Shown one piece after another: positions 1-16,692 of a DNA stretch of 64,000 nt. Source of the stretch: Eledone cirrhosa (lineage: Eukaryota); assembly GCA_964016885.1 (NCBI GenBank), contig OZ024741.1, positions 385,640,001 through 385,704,000 of the forward strand, read 5' to 3'. The notes beneath the pieces are model-generated. The model saw only the letters and a program-made list of their open reading frames with translations, was not told the origin of the DNA and ran no database searches. Position 1 is the first letter of the stretch. Every line of letters begins with the position of its first letter. Position numbers and translations under genes: made by a program.

Positions 1-96
1 ATAATATATATATATATAATATATATATATAATATATATATATATATATAATATATATATATATATATAATATATATATATATATATAATATATAT

Positions 97-128
<32 letters not shown>

Positions 129-164
129 ATATATATATATATATATAATATATATATATATATA

Positions 165-196
<32 letters not shown>

Positions 197-234
197 ATAT
201 ATATATATATATAATATATATAATATATGTATAT

Positions 235-268
<34 letters not shown>

Positions 269-320
269 ATATATATATATATATATAATATATATAATAT
301 ATGTATATATATATATATAA
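1..320. repeat. (TA)n microsatellite with TAA interruptions
   Basis: Direct reading. Confidence 0.98.
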
Positions 321-3300
321 TTCCCCATGTATTTTCCAAAACAAATCTCTTGTATTTCTGTCTTGATTGTAAAAATACGGAGTTTTTGTCGTATATTTAC
401 TAAACAAATCTTGTATTTTTGTTTGTTAATACGGGGTTCTCACTTAAACCTATCTTCTCGCTAACAACTCAACACCCCTCCCTCCCGCCCCCACACACCA
501 CCATTATTATTACGTGGACCAATCATAAGCCAGAGGCCTATACTATCGCTTACCTGGTCGCCTTCGATATGTAGGATGGAAGGACTACGGAGTTCCGGAG
601 AGTTGAAGAGAGAAAAATCTGGACACTCAGCGACAATGCCAAAGTTAAAGACAATCACACCTCGAGGACGAAAATGCGAGCATGCCTCTTTGTTTCGGCC
701 GCGGATCGCTAACATAACCCCATCTCCCCCCGCTCCCCACTTTTCCAACCCCCCAAACGCAATCCAAAACTTCAGATTTGGTACCTTGAATGTAGGCACC
801 TTAAAGGGTCGCTCTAACGAGGTTGTAGAAATGCTTGAACGTAAGGAGGTCGATGTTTGTTGTATCCAAGAGACCAGGTGGAGGGGTGGATCTGCTAGAT
901 ACATTGTGGGTAGAAAACGATGCTATAAGCTTTTCTGGGTGGGAAACGACAATGGGCTGGGTGGAGTAGGAATCATGGTAGCAGAAAAGTGGGCAGATAA
1001 GATAATAGCCGTAAATAGAGTGAACGACAGAATAATTAAAATAAGACTTGTCCTCAATAGAACTACGGTGACAGTAATATCCGCGTACGCACCCCAATCC
1101 GGACTGCCCGGCACCATAAAAGACAGATTCTATGAGACACTGATGCTCACTACCTCCCAAATAACCGACAGTGACTATATAATTATTGCAGGCGACCTAA
1201 ACGGTCACGTTGGACAACATTGTGACGGCTACGACGAAATCCATGGAGGCTATGGGTTTGGTACTAGAAATGAGGAAGGCTCGAGTATCCTGGAATTCTG
1301 CGACGCACATAACCCAACTATCTGCAACACTAACTTCAAAAAACGAGACAATCACTTGATCACCTACAGATCAGGGGAACATACTAGCCAGGTAGATTAT
1401 ATCCTTACCAGAAGACGTGACAAAGTGACTGTCGTAAACACTAAATCCCTCCCCCATGAAGAATGCACTTCCCAACATAGACTGATAATTAGCGACCTAA
1501 TAGTCAGGACGAGACGTACTAGACAACAGAAGAGGACTATCCTCAGGAGAAAAATATGGAAGCTAAAGGACCCCACAGCCAGAAATAAATTTCAAAGCAT
1601 ATTACTTGATGCTTTCGACAGTGAGGAAGAGCAATTAGAGACGTACAAGGTAGAGGTACAGTGGGAATTCCTGAAAGCAAACCTGCTGACGGCGGCAGAC
1701 GAAGTCTGTGGCTGGAGCAGGCCTGTAGGCAGGAGGAGAGTAACATGGTGGTGGAACAGTAAGGTGGAGGGGTCAATCAAGGCCAAAAAGCAGGCTTGGA
1801 AAGTATGGCGGGATGGGGTAAGCAGAGAAGACTATCAAGTGGCCAGGAGGGAAGCTAGGAGACAAGTGTACTTCGCAAGAAGGGAAGCAGAGGAAAGAAA
1901 GTTCAAGCATGTTCTACAACGCGATGACCAAAAACGTGAGGTGTTCAGGATTGCTAGGCAATGTGTCAAGGAAAACAGTGATATTGTCGGGGAGAAGTGT
2001 GTACTTAACGATGACAGCATACTTGCCATCACCGACGCCGATAAGAAGGTAGCTTGGAAGTGTCACTATGAAAGGCTACTAAATGAGGAGAATAAATGGG
2101 AGAAAGACAGTCTCCCCCACATCGACCCAATAGAGGGACCAGCAGTGTTAGTCGAGGGTAGTATAATAAGTAAGGCAATCAAAGATATGAAGACAGGCAA
2201 GGCGGCTGGGCCTTCGGAAATAGTTGCCGAGATGCTGAAGGCATCTGGTACGGTGGGACACACCATGGTCACCCGGATAGTCAACCAAGTCATACAGAAT
2301 GGGGTTGTTCCGAAGGACTGGCGCAGCAGCATTATCGTTAACTGTTATAAGGGTAAAGGAGATGCCCTAGATAGGAGTAACTATAGAGGCATTAAATTAA
2401 TCGACCAGGTCATGAAGGTCACGGAAAAAGTTATAGCGCAACTAATCAGAGAGCGAATTGATCTAGATGAAATGCAGTTCGGGTTTGTGTCAGGAAAAAG
2501 TACCACAGACGCTCTTTTCATTGTACGACAACTACAGGAGAAGTACCTAGCTAAAAGTAAACCCCTATACTTAGCTTTCGTCGACTTGGAGAAGGCCTTT
2601 GACAGAGTCCCCCGTTCCATTATCTGGTGGGCTCTTAGAAAACTAGGTGTTGATGAATGGCTTGTGAGAGCTATACAAGCCATGTATAAAGAAACAGTTA
2701 GCAAGGTTAGAATTAACAACGAATATAGTGAAGAGTTTAGTGTAAAAGTTGGTGTTCATCAGGGCTCTGTTCTTAGCCCCCTACTATTTATTATTGCCCT
2801 CCAGGCTATAACAGTGGAGTGCAAGACCGGCTGCCCATGGGAACTCCTATACGCAGATGATCTAACGCTCATAGCTGAATCAATGGCCGAGCTAGAGAAG
2901 AAATTCCAAACATGGAAGCACGGCCTAGAATCAAAAGGCCTTAAAATTAACCTAGCTAAGACTAAAGTTCTAGTTTGTAAGAAAGAAAATAAGGCGGCGG
3001 TCCCCTCCGGGAAGTGGCCATGCGCAGAGTGTAGGAAAGGCGTAGGTAGAAATTCCATTTTGTGTCCCAAATGCAAAGTTTGGGTGCATAAAAGATGTAG
3101 TGGGATCACAGGTAAGCTAACTAAGAACATAGATTTTACATGTGGCCGGTGTTCTGGGGATATAAGTAGCAGCAAGTGCCCACAAAATACTAGCTCTTTC
3201 AACTGCGCAGAGGGTTCTATAGAAATAGTGGACAGCTTCCGTTACCTGGGTGACAAAATCAGCAGTGGGGGAGGGTGCTCTGAAAGTACAGTAGCTAGAG

Positions 3301-4175
3301 TCAGAACTGGGTGGAAAAAGTTCAGAGAGCTTATACCACTATTAGCCGCTAAAGGGTTCTCCCTAAAAATGAAAGGCAGACTGTACGATGCCTGCATACG
3401 AACAGCAATGTTGCATGGCAGTGAGACCTGGGCATTGTGTGCAGAGGATATACGCAGACTAGAGAGAAACGAAGCTTGCATGCTCCGCTGGATGTGTAAT
3501 AGTAATATACGTGAACGACAAAGCATAAACGAACTAAGGAAAAAATTAGAAATAAGAGGGATCAGATGTTGTTTACTAGAGAGAAGGCTACGTTGGTATG
3601 GTCACGTGATGCGCATGAAGGATGATAGCTGTATAACAAAGTGCAGGGCAATAAAGATAGACGGTAGCCACGGAATAGGCAGACCCAGAAAAACCTGGGA
3701 CGAGCTGATAAACACCGACCTCACACACTTACACCTCACCAAGACAATGTCACTGGACCGAGACCTTTGGCGGTACTCAGTAATAGAGAAGACCCGCCTT
3801 GCCAGTAGGCATCTCTAACAAAATACACCCCGTCCCACCACCACCACCCCCACCCCATCCACACCACCCCGTTCTATGTAAAGTTATGTTGGTGCCGCGC
3901 CATCCAGGCCGAAACAAATGAGATCGTGTAGGTGTCACGACAAAAAACACACAGTCCACGCTGTAATGTGGCCGTGTAGGCAACACGGTAAAAACCTCCC
4001 AGACCCACACTGTAAATGTGGTTGGTGTTAGGAAGGGCATCCAACTGTAGAAAACCTGCCAGACAGTCCTATGCGAGCAAGAAAATCACTCTTGCCTCAA
4101 GTGGGACTACCCCCGTCCAAACCCATGCAAGCGTGGAACACGGACGTTAAACGTTGATGATGATGATGATGATGA
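321..4175 (+). mobile_element. Full-length RTE-clade LINE, family A
   Basis: 5'UTR, single APE+RT ORF, 3'UTR ending in (TGA)n; (TA)n tracts on both sides. Confidence 0.93.
576..3818 (+). CDS. RTE LINE ORF: AP-like endonuclease + reverse transcriptase + PHD-type zinc finger (1080 aa)
   Basis: Motifs [68 protein letters not shown]. Confidence 0.95.
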   Translation: MEGLRSSGELKREKSGHSATMPKLKTITPRGRKCEHASLFRPRIANITPSPPAPHFSNPPNAIQNFRFGTLNVGTLKGRSNEVVEMLERKEVDVCCIQETRWRGGSARYIVGRKRCYKLFWVGNDNGLGGVGIMVAEKWADKIIAVNRVNDRIIKIRLVLNRTTVTVISAYAPQSGLPGTIKDRFYETLMLTTSQITDSDYIIIAGDLNGHVGQHCDGYDEIHGGYGFGTRNEEGSSILEFCDAHNPTICNTNFKKRDNHLITYRSGEHTSQVDYILTRRRDKVTVVNTKSLPHEECTSQHRLIISDLIVRTRRTRQQKRTILRRKIWKLKDPTARNKFQSILLDAFDSEEEQLETYKVEVQWEFLKANLLTAADEVCGWSRPVGRRRVTWWWNSKVEGSIKAKKQAWKVWRDGVSREDYQVARREARRQVYFARREAEERKFKHVLQRDDQKREVFRIARQCVKENSDIVGEKCVLNDDSILAITDADKKVAWKCHYERLLNEENKWEKDSLPHIDPIEGPAVLVEGSIISKAIKDMKTGKAAGPSEIVAEMLKASGTVGHTMVTRIVNQVIQNGVVPKDWRSSIIVNCYKGKGDALDRSNYRGIKLIDQVMKVTEKVIAQLIRERIDLDEMQFGFVSGKSTTDALFIVRQLQEKYLAKSKPLYLAFVDLEKAFDRVPRSIIWWALRKLGVDEWLVRAIQAMYKETVSKVRINNEYSEEFSVKVGVHQGSVLSPLLFIIALQAITVECKTGCPWELLYADDLTLIAESMAELEKKFQTWKHGLESKGLKINLAKTKVLVCKKENKAAVPSGKWPCAECRKGVGRNSILCPKCKVWVHKRCSGITGKLTKNIDFTCGRCSGDISSSKCPQNTSSFNCAEGSIEIVDSFRYLGDKISSGGGCSESTVARVRTGWKKFRELIPLLAAKGFSLKMKGRLYDACIRTAMLHGSETWALCAEDIRRLERNEACMLRWMCNSNIRERQSINELRKKLEIRGIRCCLLERRLRWYGHVMRMKDDSCITKCRAIKIDGSHGIGRPRKTWDELINTDLTHLHLTKTMSLDRDLWRYSVIEKTRLASRHL

Positions 4176-4363
4176 TATATATATATATAATATATATATA
4201 TATAATATATATAATATATGTATATATATATATATAATATGTATATATATATATATAATATATATAATACATATATATATAATATATATATATATATATA
4301 ATATATATAATATATATATATAATATATATAATATATATATATATAATATATATATATAATAT

Positions 4364-4397
<34 letters not shown>

Positions 4398-4410
4398 ATA
4401 TATATAATAT

Positions 4411-4444
<34 letters not shown>

Positions 4445-4540
4445 ATATATATAATATATATATATATAATATAATATATATATATATATATAATATATAT
4501 ATATAATATATATAATATATATATATATATATAATATATA
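4176..4540. repeat. (TA)n microsatellite
   Basis: Direct reading. Confidence 0.98.
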
Positions 4541-4549
4541 GTAATAATA

Positions 4550-5966
4550 ATAAAATTGAAGACTAAAATCCAAAGAGGGCTCGATAAAGAAAATATATAT
4601 CAAATATATAAGAACCGTAGAGCAAATATTTATTAAAATAACAGATTAAAGTTTAAGCAAAGAATCGCTGCTTTCACCCTTAACGGGATCTTCTGAAACT
4701 AACAAAGTCAATCTGTAAACGCAGAACTGGATATTTAAAAAAACGTTGCAACCGGAGGAAGACAGGAAGACGATACTTTGGTTCGTGGTAACGTTCGCTG
4801 GCAAAGAACGGGAAAAAACGAATAATACGTCATTAATAGGAGCGGTGAAAAACAATTACGCGCAAAGACAAAACAACGTTTATGGTATAAAAGAGGTCGT
4901 AGACTAATGTTCTCTTAGGTGGTGCATAGAGACGTTCTCTGGCAATGAACGAAAAAACGAAGATAATAAGTCGTATGTGGAGCGTGGAGAACAAAAGCAC
5001 GCAAAGACAAAACCACGTAAATGGTATAGCAGAAGTCGTAGACTAAAATTCTAACTAGGAGACCAAATGATTCTCCGCTACAGAGTTAAGAACAAAGTAA
5101 ATAAATACAATACAGAAGTAATAGAAACAAATAAATACATACACGCAAACAGATACGTACATACACAAGCATACGCAAAACCTTACCATAGGTATACAAA
5201 ACCACGCACATATAAATATGTGTGTGTGTGTGTGCTTGTGTACAAAAAATAAATAATTATATAAACGTATATAAGTAAATAAATACGTATATAACAAGCG
5301 CACACACATACCTACATATAAATACACGAATGTTCGGAGACGTAAGTCAACTAAAACAAGAAGTACACATATACACACACCCACCATACGTACGAACCTG
5401 CATACTCACTCGGACGCAAAACTCCCGTATACACATAGCCAAAACCTAAATACCAGAATATGTAAAAATGGTACGCCATAACAGTCAAGTATACGTACGA
5501 GAAGGTATACATACCTTCACAAAACATACGGGTAATATATACTTACCTATGCAAATAAGTAAAGGAATAAACAAAACATATACTTAGCTCCCACATCAAG
5601 ACGTAAAATATCCACGTATAGATCGTGCTATCCGTTAGGGTATAACGTGGGGCTGTAATACAGGAAAGTTTTGTTCAATTTATGTTTACAAGCCGAAATT
5701 GCTTCAGATTTTTTGTTTAAGATGTGGTCTGTGGCGTAGAGTATTTCCAGGGCCTCAGCGACGCAGAGGTCACATGGTTTTTTATTTCCGTTATACGATC
5801 TAGCCCTAGCTAGGATCTCCCAGTGTAACTTATATTGGGTGTGGTTGTCTTTTAGACTCCAGATATAAGCTGAAAGTGACGTCATATTCCTTCTTAGAGG
5901 GTAACGAAAAGAATGGGAAAGCAGCGATTCTTTGCTTAAACTTTAATCTGTTATTTTAATAAATAT
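4550..5966 (-). mobile_element. 5'-truncated Penelope-like element (GIY-YIG endonuclease C-terminus + 3'UTR) with inverted terminal segment
   Basis: HSFR...TSLSAYIWSLK...WEIL...CDLCVAE...ILNKKSEAISACKH at 5628-5915; perfect 50-bp inverted repeat 4626-4675/5917-5966; ~120-bp direct repeat 4791-4912/4932-5052. Confidence 0.8.
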
Positions 5967-6020
5967 ATATAATATATATATATATAATATATATAATATA
6001 TATATATATATATATAATAT

Positions 6021-6071
<51 letters not shown>

Positions 6072-6873
6072 TCATCATCATCATCATCAACGTTTAACGT
6101 CCGTGTTCCACGCTTGCATGGGTTTGGACGGGGGTAGTCCCACTTGAGGCAAGAGTGATTGTCTTGCTCGCATAGGACTGTCTGGCAGGTTTTCTACAGT
6201 TGGATGCCCTTCCTAACACCAACCACATTTACAGTGTGGGTCTGGGAGGTTTTTACCGTGTTGCCTACACGGCCACATTACAGCGTGGACTGTGTGTTTT
6301 TTTGTCGTGACACCTACACGATCTCATTTGTTTCGGCCTGGATGGCGCGGCACCAACATAACTTTACATAGAACGGGGTGGTGTGGATGGGGTGGGGGTG
6401 GTGGCGGGACGGGGTGTAGTTTGTTAGAGATGCCTACTGGCAAGGCGGGTCTTCTCTGTTACTGAGTACCGCCAAAGGTCACGGTCCAGTGACATTGTCT
6501 TGGAGAGGTGTAAGTGTGTGAGGTCGGAGTTTATCAGCTCATCCCATGTTTTTCTAGGTCTGCCTATTCCGTGGCTACCGTCTATCTTTATTGCCCTGCA
6601 CTTTGTAATACAGCTATCGACTTTCATGCGCATCACGTGTCCATACCAACGCAGCCTTCTCTCGAGTAAACAACATCTGATCCCTCTTATCTCTAATTTT
6701 TTCCTTAGTTCGTTTATGCTTTTCCGTTCACGTATATTACTGTTACACATCCAGCGGAGCATGCAAGCTTCGTTCCTCTCTAGTCTGCGTATATCCTCTG
6801 CACACAATGCCCAGGTCTCACTACCATGCAACATTGCTGTTCGTATGCAGGCATCGTACAACCTGCCTTTCAT
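6072..6873 (-). mobile_element. 5'-truncated RTE family A copy
   Basis: RT C-terminus, 3'UTR and (CAT)n tail nearly identical to 3370-4175; (TA)n on both sides. Confidence 0.92.
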
Positions 6874-6892
6874 ATATATATATATATATATA

Positions 6893-6933
<41 letters not shown>

Positions 6934-6958
6934 TAATATATATATATATATATATACA

Positions 6959-6989
<31 letters not shown>

Positions 6990-7235
6990 TGTTATACTTT
7001 GGGAGGGTCATGTTGCCAATAAGAAACACACGCACCAGTTGCTTTCACTTCAATTTATTATATATTTATAAATTTATAAATTTACAAACTTATAAATTTC
7101 TGGTTGGTTGGTTGGTTCCACAACCAGATAGTTGTTTATATATAGTCATAGTCCTTTTGTCACACACTCTGTGACCTCTTCAGTGACTGGGGATTCCTTT
7201 CTTTGTTTCTGTGCCTTTCCTTTCTTCTGTCCTAC

Positions 7236-7586
7236 GCCATTTTTTTAGTGGTCTACCTCTACCACGTCTTCCTTCAACTGGCAATTCCTGGCACTTCTTC
7301 ACCCATCGGTCATCCTCCATGCGCATCACATGTCCATACCACCTCAGTCTCCTCTCCCGTACACTACATTCTATCCCTCTCAGACACAGTTTCTCTCTCA
7401 ACACATTTATGCTGGGTCGTTCACGCACATTTACACTGCACATCCTTGCCTCATTTCTCTCCAGCCGTCGCATATCCTCTGCAGTTGCTGCCCATGTCTC
7501 ACTACCATGCAGCATCACGCTCCTCACACAGGCATCATACAACCGGCCTTTCGTACGCAGGGAGAAACCCTTCGTCAACAGAGGAA
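7236..7586 (-). mobile_element. Fragment of a third, diverged RTE family (RT C-terminus)
   Basis: [20 protein letters not shown]...[12 protein letters not shown]...GRP. Confidence 0.85.
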
Positions 7587-9324
<1,738 letters not shown>

Positions 9325-10966
9325 TCATCATCATCATCATCATCAACGTTTAACGTCCGTGTTCCACGCTTGCATGGGTTTGGACGGGGGTAGTCCCACT
9401 TGAGGCAAGAGTGATTGTCTTGCTCGCATAGGACTGTCTGGCAGGTTTTCTACAGTTGGATGCCCTTCCTAACACCAACCACATTTACAGTGTGGGTCTG
9501 GGAGGTTTTTACCGTGTTGCCTGCACGGCCACATTACAGCGTGGACTGTGTGTTTTTTTGTCGTGACACCTACACGATCTCATTTGTTTCGGCCCGGATG
9601 GCGCGGCACCAACATAACTTTACATAGGACGGGGTGGTGTGGATGGGGTGGGGGTGGTGGTGGTGGGACGGGGTGTATTTTGTTAGAGATGCCTACTGGC
9701 AAGGCGGGTCTTCTCTGTTACTGAGTACCGCCAAAGGTCTCGGTCCAGTGACATTGTCTTGGAGAGGTGTAAGTGTGTGAGGTCGGAGTTTATCAGCTCG
9801 TCCCAGGTTTTTCTAGGTCTGCCTATTCCGTGGCTACCGTCTATCTTTATTGCCCTGCACTTTGTTATACAGCTATCGACTTTCATGCGCATCACGTGTC
9901 CATACCAACGTAGCCTTCTCTCGAGTAAACAACATCTGATCCCTCTTATCTCTAATTTTTTCCTTAGTTCGTTTATGCTTTGCCGTTCACGTATATTACT
10001 GTTACACATCCAGCGGAGCATGCAAGCTTCGTTCCTCTCTAGTCTGCGTATATCCTCTGCACACAATGCCCAGGTCTCACTGCCATGCAACATTGCTGTT
10101 CGTATGCAGGCATCGTACAACCTGCCTTTCATTTTTAGGGAGAACCCTTTAGCAGCTAATAGTGGTATAAGCTCTCTGAACTTTTTCCAACCAGTTCTGA
10201 CTCTAGCTACAGTACTTTCAGAGCACCCTCCCCCACTGCTGATTTTATCGCCCAGGTAACGGAAGCTGTCCACTATTTCTATAGAACCCTCTGCGCAATT
10301 GAAAGAGCTAGTATTTTGTGGGCACTTGCTGCTACTTATTGCACCAGAACACCGGCCACATGTAAAATCTATGTTCTTAGTTAGCTTACCTGTGATCCCA
10401 CTACATCTTTTATGCACCCATACTTTGCATTTAGGACACAAAATGGAGTTTCTACCTACGCCTTTCCTACACACCGAGCACGACCATTTCCCAGAAGGGA
10501 CCGCCGCCTTGTTTTCTTTCCTACAAACTAGAACTTTGGTCTTAGCCAGGTTAATTTTAAGTCCTTTTGACTCTAGGCCGTGCTTCCATGTTTGGAATTT
10601 CTTCTCTAGCTCGGCCATTGATTCCGCTATGAGTGTCAGGTCGTCTGCGTATAGGAGTTCCCATGGGCAGCCTGTCTTGAACTCCTCTGTTATAGCCTGA
10701 AGGGCAATAATAAATAGTAGGGGGCTGAGAACAGAGCCCTGATGGACGCCAACTTTTACGCTAAACTCTTCACTATATTCGTTGTTAATTCTAACCTTGC
10801 TGACTGTTTCTTTATACATGGCTTGTATAGCCCTCACAAGCCATTCGTCAACGCCTAGTTTTCTAAGAGCCCACCAGATAATGGAGCGGGGGACTCTGTC
10901 GAAGGCTTTCTCCAAGTCGACAAAAGCTAAGTAGAGGGGTTTACCTTTAGCTAGGTACTTCTCCTG
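9325..10966 (-). mobile_element. RTE family A copy cut by the assembly gap (ORF 9683-10915)
   Basis: Essentially identical to 11834-13477. Confidence 0.9.
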
Positions 10967-11166
10967 NNNNNNNNNNNNNNNNNNNNNNNNNNNNNNNNNN
11001 NNNNNNNNNNNNNNNNNNNNNNNNNNNNNNNNNNNNNNNNNNNNNNNNNNNNNNNNNNNNNNNNNNNNNNNNNNNNNNNNNNNNNNNNNNNNNNNNNNNN
11101 NNNNNNNNNNNNNNNNNNNNNNNNNNNNNNNNNNNNNNNNNNNNNNNNNNNNNNNNNNNNNNNNNN
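10967..11166. other. Assembly gap (200 N)
   Basis: Run of n. Confidence 1.
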
Positions 11167-15505
<4,339 letters not shown>

Positions 15506-15573
15506 GTATGAATAGATATTAGTGAAAGAGTGAAGAATAACATAGTCGGCTGTACAAAAAGGGTTTTATTTCA

Positions 15574-15686
15574 AGTATTAACAATTGTTTCATTGATCAG
15601 GTGAGTCTAAAGGCTGCTAATCACTTGAAGTTGCATCACTCTACCTTAAATACAGTGTGTGTCTCTGATCAAATCATCGGAATACT
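15574..15686 (-). ncRNA. Candidate minimal type I hammerhead ribozyme motif (core variant)
   Basis: AGUAUU-CCGAUGA-u-UUGAUCAG...CUGAUCAA-u-GAAA-CAAUUG-UU-AAUACU. Confidence 0.5.
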
Positions 15687-15985
15687 GGAGGGTTTAATAC
15701 ATGGCATTGGTATTTACATCGGAGAATCAAAACAATAACATCAATAATAAAAGATAATAAAGAAGTTAGAATGAAAATGATAAAGATGTAAAAAATAAGT
15801 ACAGAATACGATTGCTGATAATAGTAGTGGTGGTGGTGGTGGTAGTTGAAGTTACAGTGGTTAGTAAGTGAATGTGTAAAGTAGTGATGACGGTAGAGAT
15901 AACAATAACATGAAAAGGAACATTAAATACATATGTAGTGATCAAATCCCAGAGGATTAGAATAAAAAAAATTAAGAAATAAAAA

Positions 15986-16165
15986 ATAATTGTTTCTACT
16001 TTTGGCACAAGGCCAGCAAATACCCAGTACATTACTGGTACTTTATTTTATCGGCCCCGAAAGGATGAAAGGCAAAGTTAACCTCGGCGGGATTTGAACT
16101 CAGTCCATAAAGGGACGTAACTATGCTGGAAAGCATGGCGTCCGACTCTCTACCGATACTGCCAA
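15986..16165 (-). mobile_element. Short tRNA-derived SINE, second family (GCCTTTCATCCTT.CGGGGTCGATAAA central domain)
   Basis: B-box GAGTTCAAATC; many near-identical copies in the window. Confidence 0.8.
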
Positions 16166-16509
16166 ACTGCCAAAAAATAATAACAAATAACTTCTTTCCA
16201 CTGGGATTTCCTGGTAGTTCTTCACATAGCAATAATTATCCATTTGCATCACATATCCATATCAATGCAGTATTCTCTCTTGCACACTACTTCAGATTCC
16301 TCATAAACCAAGCTTCTCCCTCAGCTCATCCAATGTCTGCCTTTCTCTCTTACTACATTGCACATCCAACAAAGCTTCATTTCTCTCCAGTCTACGCATG
16401 TCTTCTGCAGTCACAGCCCATGTTTCACTACCATGCAACATCACACTTTAAGATAATAAGAGTTAACCATTTCAGAAATATACATTATAACATGCTCTGT
16501 TTTATTTAG

Positions 16510-16692
16510 GTGAAATCTATCAACTCTACAGTTCTTCATAACTTGATCCCCAACTCTTTAGTGCGTTATAGATGTATGGTTCAAGATATGTTTGATCCTG
16601 AATTTTACATGGGGGCATACAAAATAAAGGACTCAGGTTCTAAACAAACATCTCTTAAGTGCGGTATGTATCGTGATGTGGCAGAATGCAAG
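16510..16692 (+). CDS. MCMBP: MCMBP exon (VKSINST...RDVAECK)
   Basis: tttag| acceptor, |gtaagt donor, 183 nt, phase 0/0. Confidence 0.93.

Noticed and set aside
461-3526. Many antisense ORFs over the RTE copies
   Set aside because: Shadow frames of the APE-RT ORF; they recur only because the element recurs
4097-4603. Ile/Tyr-rich ORFs (also 9140-9346 and the N-terminus of 6424-7035)
   Set aside because: Translations of (TA)n microsatellite
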